Shown piece after piece: positions 38,461 to 46,147 of a stretch of DNA of 64,000 nucleotides. Source of the DNA: a virus. The notes below the pieces were generated by a model. It made no database searches and had not been told where the DNA came from. It saw nothing but the letters and a program-made list of their open reading frames with translations. Where the stretch lies: positions 32,001-96,000 of IMG/VR virus record IMGVR_UViG_3300027987_000212, one strand, 5' to 3'. Position 1 is the first letter of the stretch. Each line of letters starts with the position of its first letter. The position numbers were made by a program, and so were the translations under genes.

Positions 38461-38780
38461 TAGCCCTCCTCAGTATTGACGTCTTGGTCCGCGTCAGCTT
38501 CCAAGAACTGCTCGGGAGGCGTCTCCTTGAGGACAGCTACCGCACGCTGAACACCCTGTTCAATCTGGGTAACCCGGTCCAGTTCATTGGGCCTGCGGGC
38601 AGTACCAACATCCTCTATTCGATGCAGCTGCGCTTCCACCGCTTCCTCGAATGTGTACGCCCCAAAACTCTGTGTTGTCTGCTGTCCGAGAAGCGCAGCG
38701 TACCCGTCGTCTAGCGCCGCCCGCTCAGTAAGCATACGTTGCTGGGCCGCTCGGTCTTCATTGTCTGTTTTGTTGGACAT
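38460..38780 (-). CDS. Hypothetical protein
   Basis: TGATG coupling at 38780; acidic helical. Confidence 0.65.
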   Translation of the reverse strand: MSNKTDNEDRAAQQRMLTERAALDDGYAALLGQQTTQSFGAYTFEEAVEAQLHRIEDVGTARRPNELDRVTQIEQGVQRAVAVLKETPPEQFLEADADQDVNTEEG

Positions 38781-39001
38781 CACTCCCACCCACGGTCGAT
38801 AGCAAACCACTCGTACACGACCAGGTTACCCTCCCCACCTGCCTGGTACACCTCACTGTCCTCGTGGATGACGCTCTTGGGCACCCAAAAGACTGCGCCA
38901 CCTGCTTTCGGCTCTAGCTTGAGGGCCTCCCCACTGTCGAAGACACAACGCACCTCCTCGTGGTACTCGCAAGGGTCCATTCTAGACATGGTCTGGTGCA
39001 T
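38780..39001 (-). CDS. Small beta-rich hypothetical protein
   Basis: FWVPKSVI...EWFA motif common in small phage proteins. Confidence 0.7.
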   Translation of the reverse strand: MHQTMSRMDPCEYHEEVRCVFDSGEALKLEPKAGGAVFWVPKSVIHEDSEVYQAGGEGNLVVYEWFAIDRGWE

Positions 39002-39581
39002 CCTTTGGGTGATTCACCCAGTCACGCTGAGAGACCTTCGCCCACGTAGCTTCCACCGCCACCCTGTAGGGCCGGTACGGTGCGCACTCTCGTCCACAGA
39101 TATAAAGTACGACCCACACTAGCGTGCGTAAGCGCAACTCGTGCTCCTCACGCGACCGACGAATACCCTGCTCTGCCTTCAGGTGGTGATGGGAAAAACA
39201 CTCTATGATGCCAAGGATTGCATCCTTGAAGTACTCGCCCTTCATAAAGGCGAACCGCGTAAGCTCTACTGGTTTCCCCTCCATTACCCAGATGTCGGCA
39301 ATACGCCAACCCATGCCACTGCAGTAGTCCGCTGCGTAGATGGTGGTATCCCCAACTGCGTCTAGGATAGCATCAACATCCCCGGCATCCCGTTCCCGGA
39401 CCAACTCACCTAGCTCTTCAAAGATGCCCAGTAACGGTTGGTGAGGGACTACCGGACCGAAATTGCGGGTACGCCACGCACTTTGCTCATCCTGAAGTTT
39501 GTTCCAGAAAGCGTCGTCAGGTATGTAGTCCCCAGCTACTAAGCTCTCTGAGTTAACGGGGGTGACCATGGTTTTCATCAT
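38982..39581 (-). CDS. MazG-like NTP pyrophosphohydrolase, internally duplicated
   Basis: W..RNFG...LLGIFEELGEL...DAVGD..IY, then HLKAEQGIR...W.KV..RDW. Confidence 0.8.
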   Translation of the reverse strand: MMKTMVTPVNSESLVAGDYIPDDAFWNKLQDEQSAWRTRNFGPVVPHQPLLGIFEELGELVRERDAGDVDAILDAVGDTTIYAADYCSGMGWRIADIWVMEGKPVELTRFAFMKGEYFKDAILGIIECFSHHHLKAEQGIRRSREEHELRLRTLVWVVLYICGRECAPYRPYRVAVEATWAKVSQRDWVNHPKDAPDHV

Positions 39582-40192
39582 CTACTCCTTCTACGTTCTT
39601 TGTCCAGCCGTAGCCGGTAGTTCATCACACGGGCAGTTACGGCCCTACGAGGCACGTCACGCCAACGACCTTTGACTTTGCGCATCCCACAAGTGACACC
39701 CCTGTCTCGCGCGTACGCCCCCTGGTAACCGGCGAGCCAACGAGCAAACAGCGCAGGTTGTCCCGTCACCCGCCGACAGTACGAACGCCACTGCGTAATA
39801 TCTGCACCCAGTTGAGCTAACGACCCACGCCAGTTCAACAACGTCCTACGCTTACGCTGACACTCTGCGGAGGTCACGTCCTCTCGACAAGCCGGCAAGT
39901 TCGACAAGCAGTACTGCGCAAAGCCTATACAGTCCCCTGATGGGTCTACTGCCTCCGGGTTGAACCGACTCTCGTTATTGATGATGGCAACTAGCGTGAA
40001 CGGGTCCACCTCATGCTGGGTAGCCTCCTCAATGATGGCGGTAGCCCACATCTTCTTGGTCTCCGTAGGTACACGTCGGCTAAGCCCAATCGCCCAAACA
40101 ACGTCATCTATCGTACGAGGGACAGACATCGCCGCCACGGCCTCACCAGAAAGCGCAAGCACAAGTACGACCCACAAAGTCCTCACCAACAT
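39578..40192 (-). CDS. Secreted lytic transglycosylase (SLT domain)
   Basis: Signal peptide; VDPFTLVAIINNESRFNPEAV...GFAQ. Confidence 0.85.
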   Translation of the reverse strand: MLVRTLWVVLVLALSGEAVAAMSVPRTIDDVVWAIGLSRRVPTETKKMWATAIIEEATQHEVDPFTLVAIINNESRFNPEAVDPSGDCIGFAQYCLSNLPACREDVTSAECQRKRRTLLNWRGSLAQLGADITQWRSYCRRVTGQPALFARWLAGYQGAYARDRGVTCGMRKVKGRWRDVPRRAVTARVMNYRLRLDKERRRSR

Positions 40193-40193
40193 A

Positions 40194-40343
40194 CTAATCC
40201 TCTCCGCAGCCAGTAGTTCGCCAGCACTTCAACCAACCACGCATCTGCTTCGACTGGTTGGGTGGAGGGGCGGTAACTGCCGCTAGTACTACCGCAAGCA
40301 GTAGGTACAACACCAACCCAACCAGTGCCCTTCTAGGTTTCAT
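40194..40343 (-). CDS. Small membrane peptide
   Basis: MKPRRALVGLVLYLLLAVVLAA; ATGA coupling. Confidence 0.5.
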   Translation of the reverse strand: MKPRRALVGLVLYLLLAVVLAAVTAPPPNQSKQMRGWLKCWRTTGCGED

Positions 40344-40900
40344 CCACTGACTCGAGTAAACAGTAAGTCGAACGTACCGATACGCGCGCGCAGCACACTC
40401 TGGTCCAGGCCATTGTACAAGAAGGTTATCCTGGCGGCAGTCAACGAAGACCCAAATGCACCACCCTTGCAAAAGCCAGTACGCCATGAACTAATCGCTA
40501 CACCGTCGGGCGATGCCGTAGTGCTGTCTTGAAACCCGCACGATATCTCTGCCGCATCTCCCGGAGGCTGCAAAATCAACTGCCAAGGGTGGCGAGATAC
40601 TGCTCCCGCCCCACGCTCGCGGATAGTCAACGAGGCCCCGCAGAGCTCGTTCAACGAAGTATCCGCCCCGCACTCATCCGCCCACACACCAAGCACTGAC
40701 TCGAGCTCCTTCGCAGTAACCCAGACCTTCCTGGGTACCCTCGTGGGCGCCGCCACCGTAGGGGCGGGTAGCTCCGGGCCAATGAACACCTCACCCGCTG
40801 TAGGTCTTACCGACCCTACGGGGTGGTAGTAGGCCAGCATAAGGCCAAACAGGCCGCAGACAATGCAGAGACCCACGTAGAAAAGCACACGCTTGACCAT
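40340..40900 (-). CDS. N-terminally anchored membrane protein
   Basis: GGAGG SD; TM helix at residues 5-24. Confidence 0.75.
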   Translation of the reverse strand: MVKRVLFYVGLCIVCGLFGLMLAYYHPVGSVRPTAGEVFIGPELPAPTVAAPTRVPRKVWVTAKELESVLGVWADECGADTSLNELCGASLTIRERGAGAVSRHPWQLILQPPGDAAEISCGFQDSTTASPDGVAISSWRTGFCKGGAFGSSLTAARITFLYNGLDQSVLRARIGTFDLLFTRVSG

Positions 40901-40913
40901 ACAACCTCCGTAG

Positions 40914-41372
40914 CTACAGCTTGCTCTTCAACCAGTCTAGAACCGCGACCGCTTCCGGTGAGCGCAGTCCTACGGCTTCTGCCCGTATCAGCGCCATCTC
41001 TACGTCTTCCACCCCTTTGGCGAACTTCTTCTTGCTCGGCTTCTTCGCCGCGCGCGGCACATCCAAAGGCTCTACTCGCGCAGTAACTGCCCAAGAGCGC
41101 TTATCGGGTTGTTGCTCCACCAACCCTTTCTTGCGCAAAGAGCTGAGCGCGCGGTTCACCTTCGGCCGCAGGTTACCCCAATGCACCAAGTTACCAGTGA
41201 TGCTCTTCACATCGGCCGGGCCGTAGTGCCACAACGCTTGGTAGCTCTGCCACTCATCGTTGGTCAACCTGCCTGCCTCATGTAGTCGCTCCAAAGCGTA
41301 GTAAGCTTCAGTGCTCTTGCCAAACTGAGCAGATGGTTGCGGGCTACTTAGTCCTAGGGACATTTGCGTCAT
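40914..41372 (-). CDS. Winged-HTH DNA-binding protein (TrmB-like)
   Basis: YQALWHYGPAD...VNRALSSLRKKGLVE...W. Confidence 0.65.
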   Translation of the reverse strand: MTQMSLGLSSPQPSAQFGKSTEAYYALERLHEAGRLTNDEWQSYQALWHYGPADVKSITGNLVHWGNLRPKVNRALSSLRKKGLVEQQPDKRSWAVTARVEPLDVPRAAKKPSKKKFAKGVEDVEMALIRAEAVGLRSPEAVAVLDWLKSKL

Positions 41373-41577
41373 GTACGTTTCCTTCCTGAGTACGGGCTAC
41401 CCCGGCATCAATACACCGTTGGGCGGCTTCTAGCAGCCGAACTTCGACGACGTTTTCACTCTGCCTTTGCTCGGCACCAGTCACCTCTACTACCTGAATA
41501 CTGGCTTCCAACAAAGCCATTACTGCTTCTGCTTCCTTGGCCGACAACAAAGCGCGGCCGTCAGTCATCCAAATCAT
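41344..41577 (-). CDS. Hypothetical protein
   Basis: AGGAG SD; helical. Confidence 0.6.
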   Translation of the reverse strand: MIWMTDGRALLSAKEAEAVMALLEASIQVVEVTGAEQRQSENVVEVRLLEAAQRCIDAGVARTQEGNVHDANVPRTK

Positions 41578-41639
41578 TGGTACTCCTGAGGGTAATAACT
41601 ACTAAGCCAAGGAACGGACTACCGCACTACTTGGCCCAG

Positions 41640-41666
41640 AAACAACTACAGGGGCACAAGCCCCTG
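41640..41666 (-). terminator. Possible terminator
   Basis: CAGGGGC-ACAA-GCCCCTG 7-bp stem; weak U-tract on - strand. Confidence 0.45.
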
Positions 41667-41700
41667 CAGAAAATCGTAGATGGCGCCGCGGCGCCTGGCC

Positions 41701-42177
41701 TCACCCGGAGGCTACTGCGCGCAGGGCGCTCGTCGGGTACCCCGACATGCAAATCATGCCCAGAGCAGCAGCCTCCAGCCGAAGAGACTCTGGGATATCC
41801 ATATGCTCCGGAAGGAACACATCCCACAAAGCGTAGGACCAACCCAAGGCAATCAGCCGTAGCGCGTTCAGCGGCCCACCGACATACTGCCCGAGACTGA
41901 GGTACGACGGCCCCTCTCGTAAGAGCATCTGGCAGGGCAGTTGCGTCAACTCGTCGAGCAGCGCATACCGTTTGATGCTGGGGTCGTCGCATACGCCCAC
42001 GGTGATGATTCCAAAGTTCAATCGAGCTGAGCCTAGTTGCGCCCGTGGGAAGAGCTCTACGTCTGGCGGCATGTCAGGTGTCCCCAGCACCGCCGGTAGG
42101 TACCGGGATGTCGCAACTCCGTTGTGTACTAGGAAGGTGGCTTTGTGTAGTGTACTGATGAGTGAGTTCTGGTACAT
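41701..42177 (-). CDS. Hypothetical protein
   Basis: GAGG SD; 158 aa with protein-like composition. Confidence 0.65.
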   Translation of the reverse strand: MYQNSLISTLHKATFLVHNGVATSRYLPAVLGTPDMPPDVELFPRAQLGSARLNFGIITVGVCDDPSIKRYALLDELTQLPCQMLLREGPSYLSLGQYVGGPLNALRLIALGWSYALWDVFLPEHMDIPESLRLEAAALGMICMSGYPTSALRAVASG

Positions 42178-42382
42178 GCTGGCCTCGCGTTGGACTAGCG
42201 ATACACCCTACTACCAAGGAACTTGTCCCCGAATGGCGAAGTAATTCGCATGTCGAGTAGTCGGCGTCGCACAGGACAACCACTTTACCCCAGCGCCACC
42301 CAAGACGGCAAAGGGCACACACGTCCAGTGTTCCGACCAGACGAATGGTCATGACGATACACGGCAACATGTGGTCAACGCA

Positions 42383-42739
42383 TTACTGCAATTTCTCGTG
42401 GATACGCGCCAATGCTCCGCGAAGCACCTCTCGCACGTGATTCCACTCCCCGCTGAGCTGCATCTCTACCACCAGCACCGACTGCTGTGCCAAATCGTCG
42501 CGCGCTTGAAGTAGCTGCTCCACCACCTCCTTCAAGTCCAACTCACCCACCAGATGCCGCTGCCACAAAGCCGCCACCCAAGCAGGGTAGTAGTACGCGG
42601 CATCGTTGTCTTGTTCGAAAGGCAGGTGCAGCCCTACTCGTACATCATCCGGCAACAGCATCTGCAGGTAACCTCTGCGAAGCAGCGGAGCAATACGTGT
42701 CCCGTGCAGTTGCTTTCGCCTCAGATACGTCGGTATCAC
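42383..42739 (-). CDS. Hypothetical protein
   Basis: GGAG SD before GTG. Confidence 0.65.
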   Translation of the reverse strand: MIPTYLRRKQLHGTRIAPLLRRGYLQMLLPDDVRVGLHLPFEQDNDAAYYYPAWVAALWQRHLVGELDLKEVVEQLLQARDDLAQQSVLVVEMQLSGEWNHVREVLRGALARIHEKLQ

Positions 42740-42761
42740 GCCCTACTCCGAGATAACAATC

Positions 42762-43037
42762 ATGATGGTACTAGCAAACAGGCCAAACCCAATCCTACTG
42801 GCACTAAGCGATGCGGGCAAGTGTCTTGCTGGTGTATCGACTCTTGCACCGCGTACGCAAGCACTGATGGCAGTCACAGCTTCCTGTAGCAAGCACCGAA
42901 CCAGTACTGCAGACAAGAAAGCTGCCCTGGACTTCGTGCAGGGGGCGGCTGAGCAAGACTCCGCAGAAGAGTACCTAACTGAAGCACTAGAGGCAGCCTG
43001 TGCGTTAATCCTCGGCGCGCGCAAAAACCCGGGATAA
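42762..43037 (+). CDS. Small helical hypothetical protein
   Basis: Preceded by class A motif CGAGATAA (42749). Confidence 0.6.
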   Translation: MMVLANRPNPILLALSDAGKCLAGVSTLAPRTQALMAVTASCSKHRTSTADKKAALDFVQGAAEQDSAEEYLTEALEAACALILGARKNPG

Positions 43038-43095
43038 CCTGGGATAACAACTATGAAGGGAATGATACCCTCATACGTATTAGGAGCAACCAACC

Positions 43096-43314
43096 ATGGA
43101 AATCGAAACCAGCGCCCCCTCACGTTTCAACCGAGTTCTCACCCATCCCGCCACCATCGAAGTTGTACGCTTCACCGCCTACATCGTCGGAGGCAGCATT
43201 GTCCGGTGGGGCTACGGCAAAGCACTCACCGCCTACAAGCAACGGCATCAGTCGCCGGCAGTCGCCCCCTCCGCCCGTAAGGGGGAAAGCTCCTCCGACC
43301 AAGTCGTCGCTTGA
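43096..43314 (+). CDS. Small single-TM protein
   Basis: AGGAG SD; FTAYIVGGSIVRWGY helix. Confidence 0.65.
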   Translation: MEIETSAPSRFNRVLTHPATIEVVRFTAYIVGGSIVRWGYGKALTAYKQRHQSPAVAPSARKGESSSDQVVA

Positions 43315-43336
43315 GCCGCCGCTTGTAGGCACCCTT

Positions 43337-43367
43337 GAAACAGTCGCGCTTGCGCGACTGTTTCTTT
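43337..43367 (+). terminator. Perfect 13-bp inverted repeat with T-rich tail
   Basis: GAAACAGTCGCGC-TT-GCGCGACTGTTTC-TTT. Confidence 0.7.
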
Positions 43368-43487
43368 AGCCCCAAGTAGCTAGAAACTACCAAGAAAATA
43401 CAGGGCTCCGCGCAAGTAGTAGGGAGAACCCTTTACTTCTACTCGCGCAGCAGTAAACTACTCGCATCTTTGCCCCAGGAGGCCGCA

Positions 43488-43733
43488 ATGTTCGACCCCA
43501 CCCAACTCACCAACCTCAGCGCGGAACAGCGGCTCATCGCTCAGCGGCTATTGCGTCCGCCCACGGCTGACATCGTTGACGGGGACTTCGGGAACGAAGA
43601 CCTCGTTGCCTTCTTGCGTCGGCTGAACGACTTCCAGCCTCAAGGCACCATCTCCGCCCACCGCCTCGCACAGGCCGGCATCCTATCCACGGCCTCCGGC
43701 CCGCCCGGTACGCGTCTGCGCGCCGCAAGCTAA
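43488..43733 (+). CDS. Hypothetical protein
   Basis: AGGAGG SD; upstream TTTACT-16-TAAACT sigma70-like promoter (43432-43459). Confidence 0.7.
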   Translation: MFDPTQLTNLSAEQRLIAQRLLRPPTADIVDGDFGNEDLVAFLRRLNDFQPQGTISAHRLAQAGILSTASGPPGTRLRAAS

Positions 43734-44101
43734 GGCGCAGTCTTCCTCACCAACCCTACTTCCCCCTCTTCCGACGTCTGTTTCAACGCGTGCAGCGTTG
43801 TCCGGTGGAGGGGGAGCTTCAACGCTCCACGAATCTCGTTCAGCGACTCGAGGACCGTGTTGAAGCCGCCACCCACGGCCTCCTCTAGCGCCTGCACACG
43901 AGTCGACACTGCCCTACTCGTGCTCGCCGCGTCGGCGCTCAACTCGACAGCGGTGAAAATCCGGTCTGAAATAATCACCAGCATACGTACCTGGGGGTCT
44001 GGATGGTGCTTCAGGAGCTCGGTAAGTACACGGGCCTGTTCGGCCACGTCGTCTTCCATCTCTGGTGGGGGCGGGGGCTGCGTGGTGCGCTCATCTGACA
44101 T
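43730..44101 (-). CDS. Hypothetical coiled-coil protein
   Basis: AGG-TATACT 9 nt upstream; helical. Confidence 0.7.
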   Translation of the reverse strand: MSDERTTQPPPPPEMEDDVAEQARVLTELLKHHPDPQVRMLVIISDRIFTAVELSADAASTSRAVSTRVQALEEAVGGGFNTVLESLNEIRGALKLPLHRTTLHALKQTSEEGEVGLVRKTAP

Positions 44102-44170
44102 GGCCTGACCAGTATACCTGCCCCGGCAGTCAATCTGAAGATGCTCCTACGTCCCCGTTACGGTATCCCG

Positions 44171-44614
44171 TCACTCTTCCTTAAGCGCCGCCTCCGCTGA
44201 AGCAGAATTTTCACCCAATAGTTCAGCAACTAGCACCTGGGCGAGGTCTGGCCGCGCATCGAATACCGGACCAAAGATGCACCGCAGTTTCTGCGCAAGG
44301 TACCGAACATCGTGCTCCTCCAGCACGTCCTTCATGCCGGCGTTGTCGTTGTGCTCATTCCACGAGCGAAAGTCTAGCCCCTTCTTTGCCGCCCGTGAGC
44401 AGAGCTCGACGTACTTACCGAGCAGCCCATTGAACTCCAAGAACGCGTGGCAATTGGAGCCCACCTCAGCACGGAAGAATCTCCAGTAGGTTTCCTCCGC
44501 AAGTCGATGCATGACTGTGAGTAGCCCTTCGAGCTCTACATCTACTGGGTCTTCGTCCGTAGAACGCATGGGCGCACAGCACGGTACTTCTTCTGGTAGT
44601 TTCATGTTCGCCAT
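44171..44614 (-). CDS. Hypothetical protein
   Basis: 147 aa; class A motif 8 nt before ATG. Confidence 0.75.
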   Translation of the reverse strand: MANMKLPEEVPCCAPMRSTDEDPVDVELEGLLTVMHRLAEETYWRFFRAEVGSNCHAFLEFNGLLGKYVELCSRAAKKGLDFRSWNEHNDNAGMKDVLEEHDVRYLAQKLRCIFGPVFDARPDLAQVLVAELLGENSASAEAALKEE

Positions 44615-44622
44615 CGAAGCAG

Positions 44623-44645
44623 TTATCCCGCAAGACTGGGGATAA
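44623..44645. promoter_or_regulatory. Dyad of two class A motifs (divergent promoter pair)
   Basis: TTATCCC-GCAAGACTG-GGGATAA between divergent genes. Confidence 0.6.
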
Positions 44646-44661
44646 TACTGATGGAAACAAC

Positions 44662-45117
44662 ATGAGCATAAGAATCAGCAACACACCTGGGCTCAACCCG
44701 AGCGTAGGGCTATGCTACCTCTGCCAGGAACCAAAAGAGGTGGTGCTGTTTGGGCAACTAACAAGTACCGCCGTTCGGCACTTTGAAGAATCCGGTATAC
44801 CAATTGTAGACGGCGAAGCCCCACACAAAGCCACCTATGACAAAGAACCTTGCAGTAAGTGCCGTGAACTCATGGAACAAGGCATCATACTCATCAGCGT
44901 GCGTGACGAAGAACCCTCCGATAACCCCTACCGCACAGGCGGCTGGGTGGTAGTACGGGAGGAAGCGCTGCGTCGCGTACTCCACGATACCCCCGATACC
45001 GCGGCCATACTGAGTGCGCGCGTTGCGTTTCTACCAGACCCAGTTTGGGAGGCACTCGGGCTACCCAGAGGAACCAATGAGACCACTACTGCTAACACTC
45101 CTCCTACTGACGGATGA
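44662..45117 (+). CDS. Hypothetical protein with two CxxC pairs
   Basis: CYLC...CSKC. Confidence 0.8.
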   Translation: MSIRISNTPGLNPSVGLCYLCQEPKEVVLFGQLTSTAVRHFEESGIPIVDGEAPHKATYDKEPCSKCRELMEQGIILISVRDEEPSDNPYRTGGWVVVREEALRRVLHDTPDTAAILSARVAFLPDPVWEALGLPRGTNETTTANTPPTDG

Positions 45118-45247
45118 CCGCTGTCGTACCGAACAGTTTCGCTGTGAGCAGCGCTGCACTGTTCAACACGACATAGGCAGCTTAGGCCACCTACGGTGCA
45201 ACGATGACTGCAGAGACGAGTACCTTTTCTGTCGAAAAGCTCCTTGA
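45077..45247 (+). CDS. Small secreted Cys-stapled peptide (56 aa)
   Basis: AGAGGA SD; MRPLLLTLLLLT leader; C-x6-C-x3-C-x13-C-x3-C-x6-C; overlaps both neighbours by about 40 nt. Confidence 0.55.
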   Translation: MRPLLLTLLLLTDDRCRTEQFRCEQRCTVQHDIGSLGHLRCNDDCRDEYLFCRKAP

Positions 45248-45530
45248 CGTACACTGGGATGAACGGGCACGTAGAGTCCAAGTAGACATCCACGGAGCTC
45301 GATTCAACCCGCAAGGGGACGCCGTAACCTTCACTGGGTTACTCCTAGCCACTCTAGAAAATGCCTTCCAGAGGCTACGAGACCGACAAACAGCAAGCAG
45401 TGCTGTCCTGCACGTAAAGCTCATCTTAGACGCACGCTTTCGGCTCCTTCTCCGTAGAGGCTATGTGTGGCAGGACAAAGATGACGGTTTCTGGCGTTGC
45501 CCACAGCCACAGGAGTCCCCCGATGTTTGA
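45204..45530 (+). CDS. Hypothetical protein
   Basis: 108 aa, operon context. Confidence 0.6.
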   Translation: MTAETSTFSVEKLLDVHWDERARRVQVDIHGARFNPQGDAVTFTGLLLATLENAFQRLRDRQTASSAVLHVKLILDARFRLLLRRGYVWQDKDDGFWRCPQPQESPDV

Positions 45531-45957
45531 ATCACCACTACGTCCTGGTAGCGAATGCTGGGTAGCCCAACGTTTCCACTTTGGTGACTTCCAGCACGGA
45601 TTCTCCCTCGTACTCTGGCACACCGGCCTCTACGACACTCGCGGCGGCGAACGCCTTGGCTACCGTCTTCGTTGCGTCCGAGCACGTACTGGCTACACGC
45701 ACAAGACACCTCCGGTGTTCCGTGGTGGCGACACCCTATTCCTCGAGGAGAACTTCACCTGCAGCCCGCTACACAACGGAGACCACCCAAACACGCTGGC
45801 GGCACTACTCGACTTCCTCTCTCGCCGTCCAAACGATTCAGAAGCATACGTCTTTGAGAGCTACACCGACCAGCAATTGCGCTTCGCAGAGCTTTATGGG
45901 GAGCAGCTCAGCTGTGAGGCGTACCTACTACGAGTAACCGATGACCCAGACAACTAG
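45523..45957 (+). CDS. Hypothetical protein
   Basis: ATG 45523 with AGGAG SD. Confidence 0.7.
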   Translation: MFESPLRPGSECWVAQRFHFGDFQHGFSLVLWHTGLYDTRGGERLGYRLRCVRARTGYTHKTPPVFRGGDTLFLEENFTCSPLHNGDHPNTLAALLDFLSRRPNDSEAYVFESYTDQQLRFAELYGEQLSCEAYLLRVTDDPDN

Positions 45958-46147
45958 CTCAGCCATCGCTACGTTTCACCTTGAACAACGTGTTCGTGTA
46001 CTGCCTTCAGGGTTACGCGGACGCGTATACCGTACTGACCACGGTACAATTGTCCGCATCGCCAAGACAAGCCAGAAAATCTGCGTCCGCCTTGACGCTA
46101 CTGGTCGCGTACACATGTTCAAGCCGGAAGACCTCCTGCCTTTCTAG
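45941..46147 (+). CDS. Small SH3/KOW-like protein
   Basis: QRVRV..SGLRGRV...VRLDATG....FKPEDL. Confidence 0.65.
   Translation: MTQTTSSAIATFHLEQRVRVLPSGLRGRVYRTDHGTIVRIAKTSQKICVRLDATGRVHMFKPEDLLPF

Noticed and set aside
41646-41703. Protein-like +1 frame extension (EARRRGAIYDFLQGLVPL) after GGG-TGA of 41701..42177
   Set aside because: Only 18 codons, overlaps a terminator-like hairpin, and has no stimulatory element; likely coincidence
42074-42370. 98-aa ORF filling the 42177-42383 gap
   Set aside because: Overlaps the next gene by over 100 nt, has no SD and no recognisable motif; coding status undecidable
43053-43280. 75-aa ORF starting 5 nt after a class A motif
   Set aside because: Overlaps the better-supported 43096 gene (clear SD, TM helix) and has low-information composition
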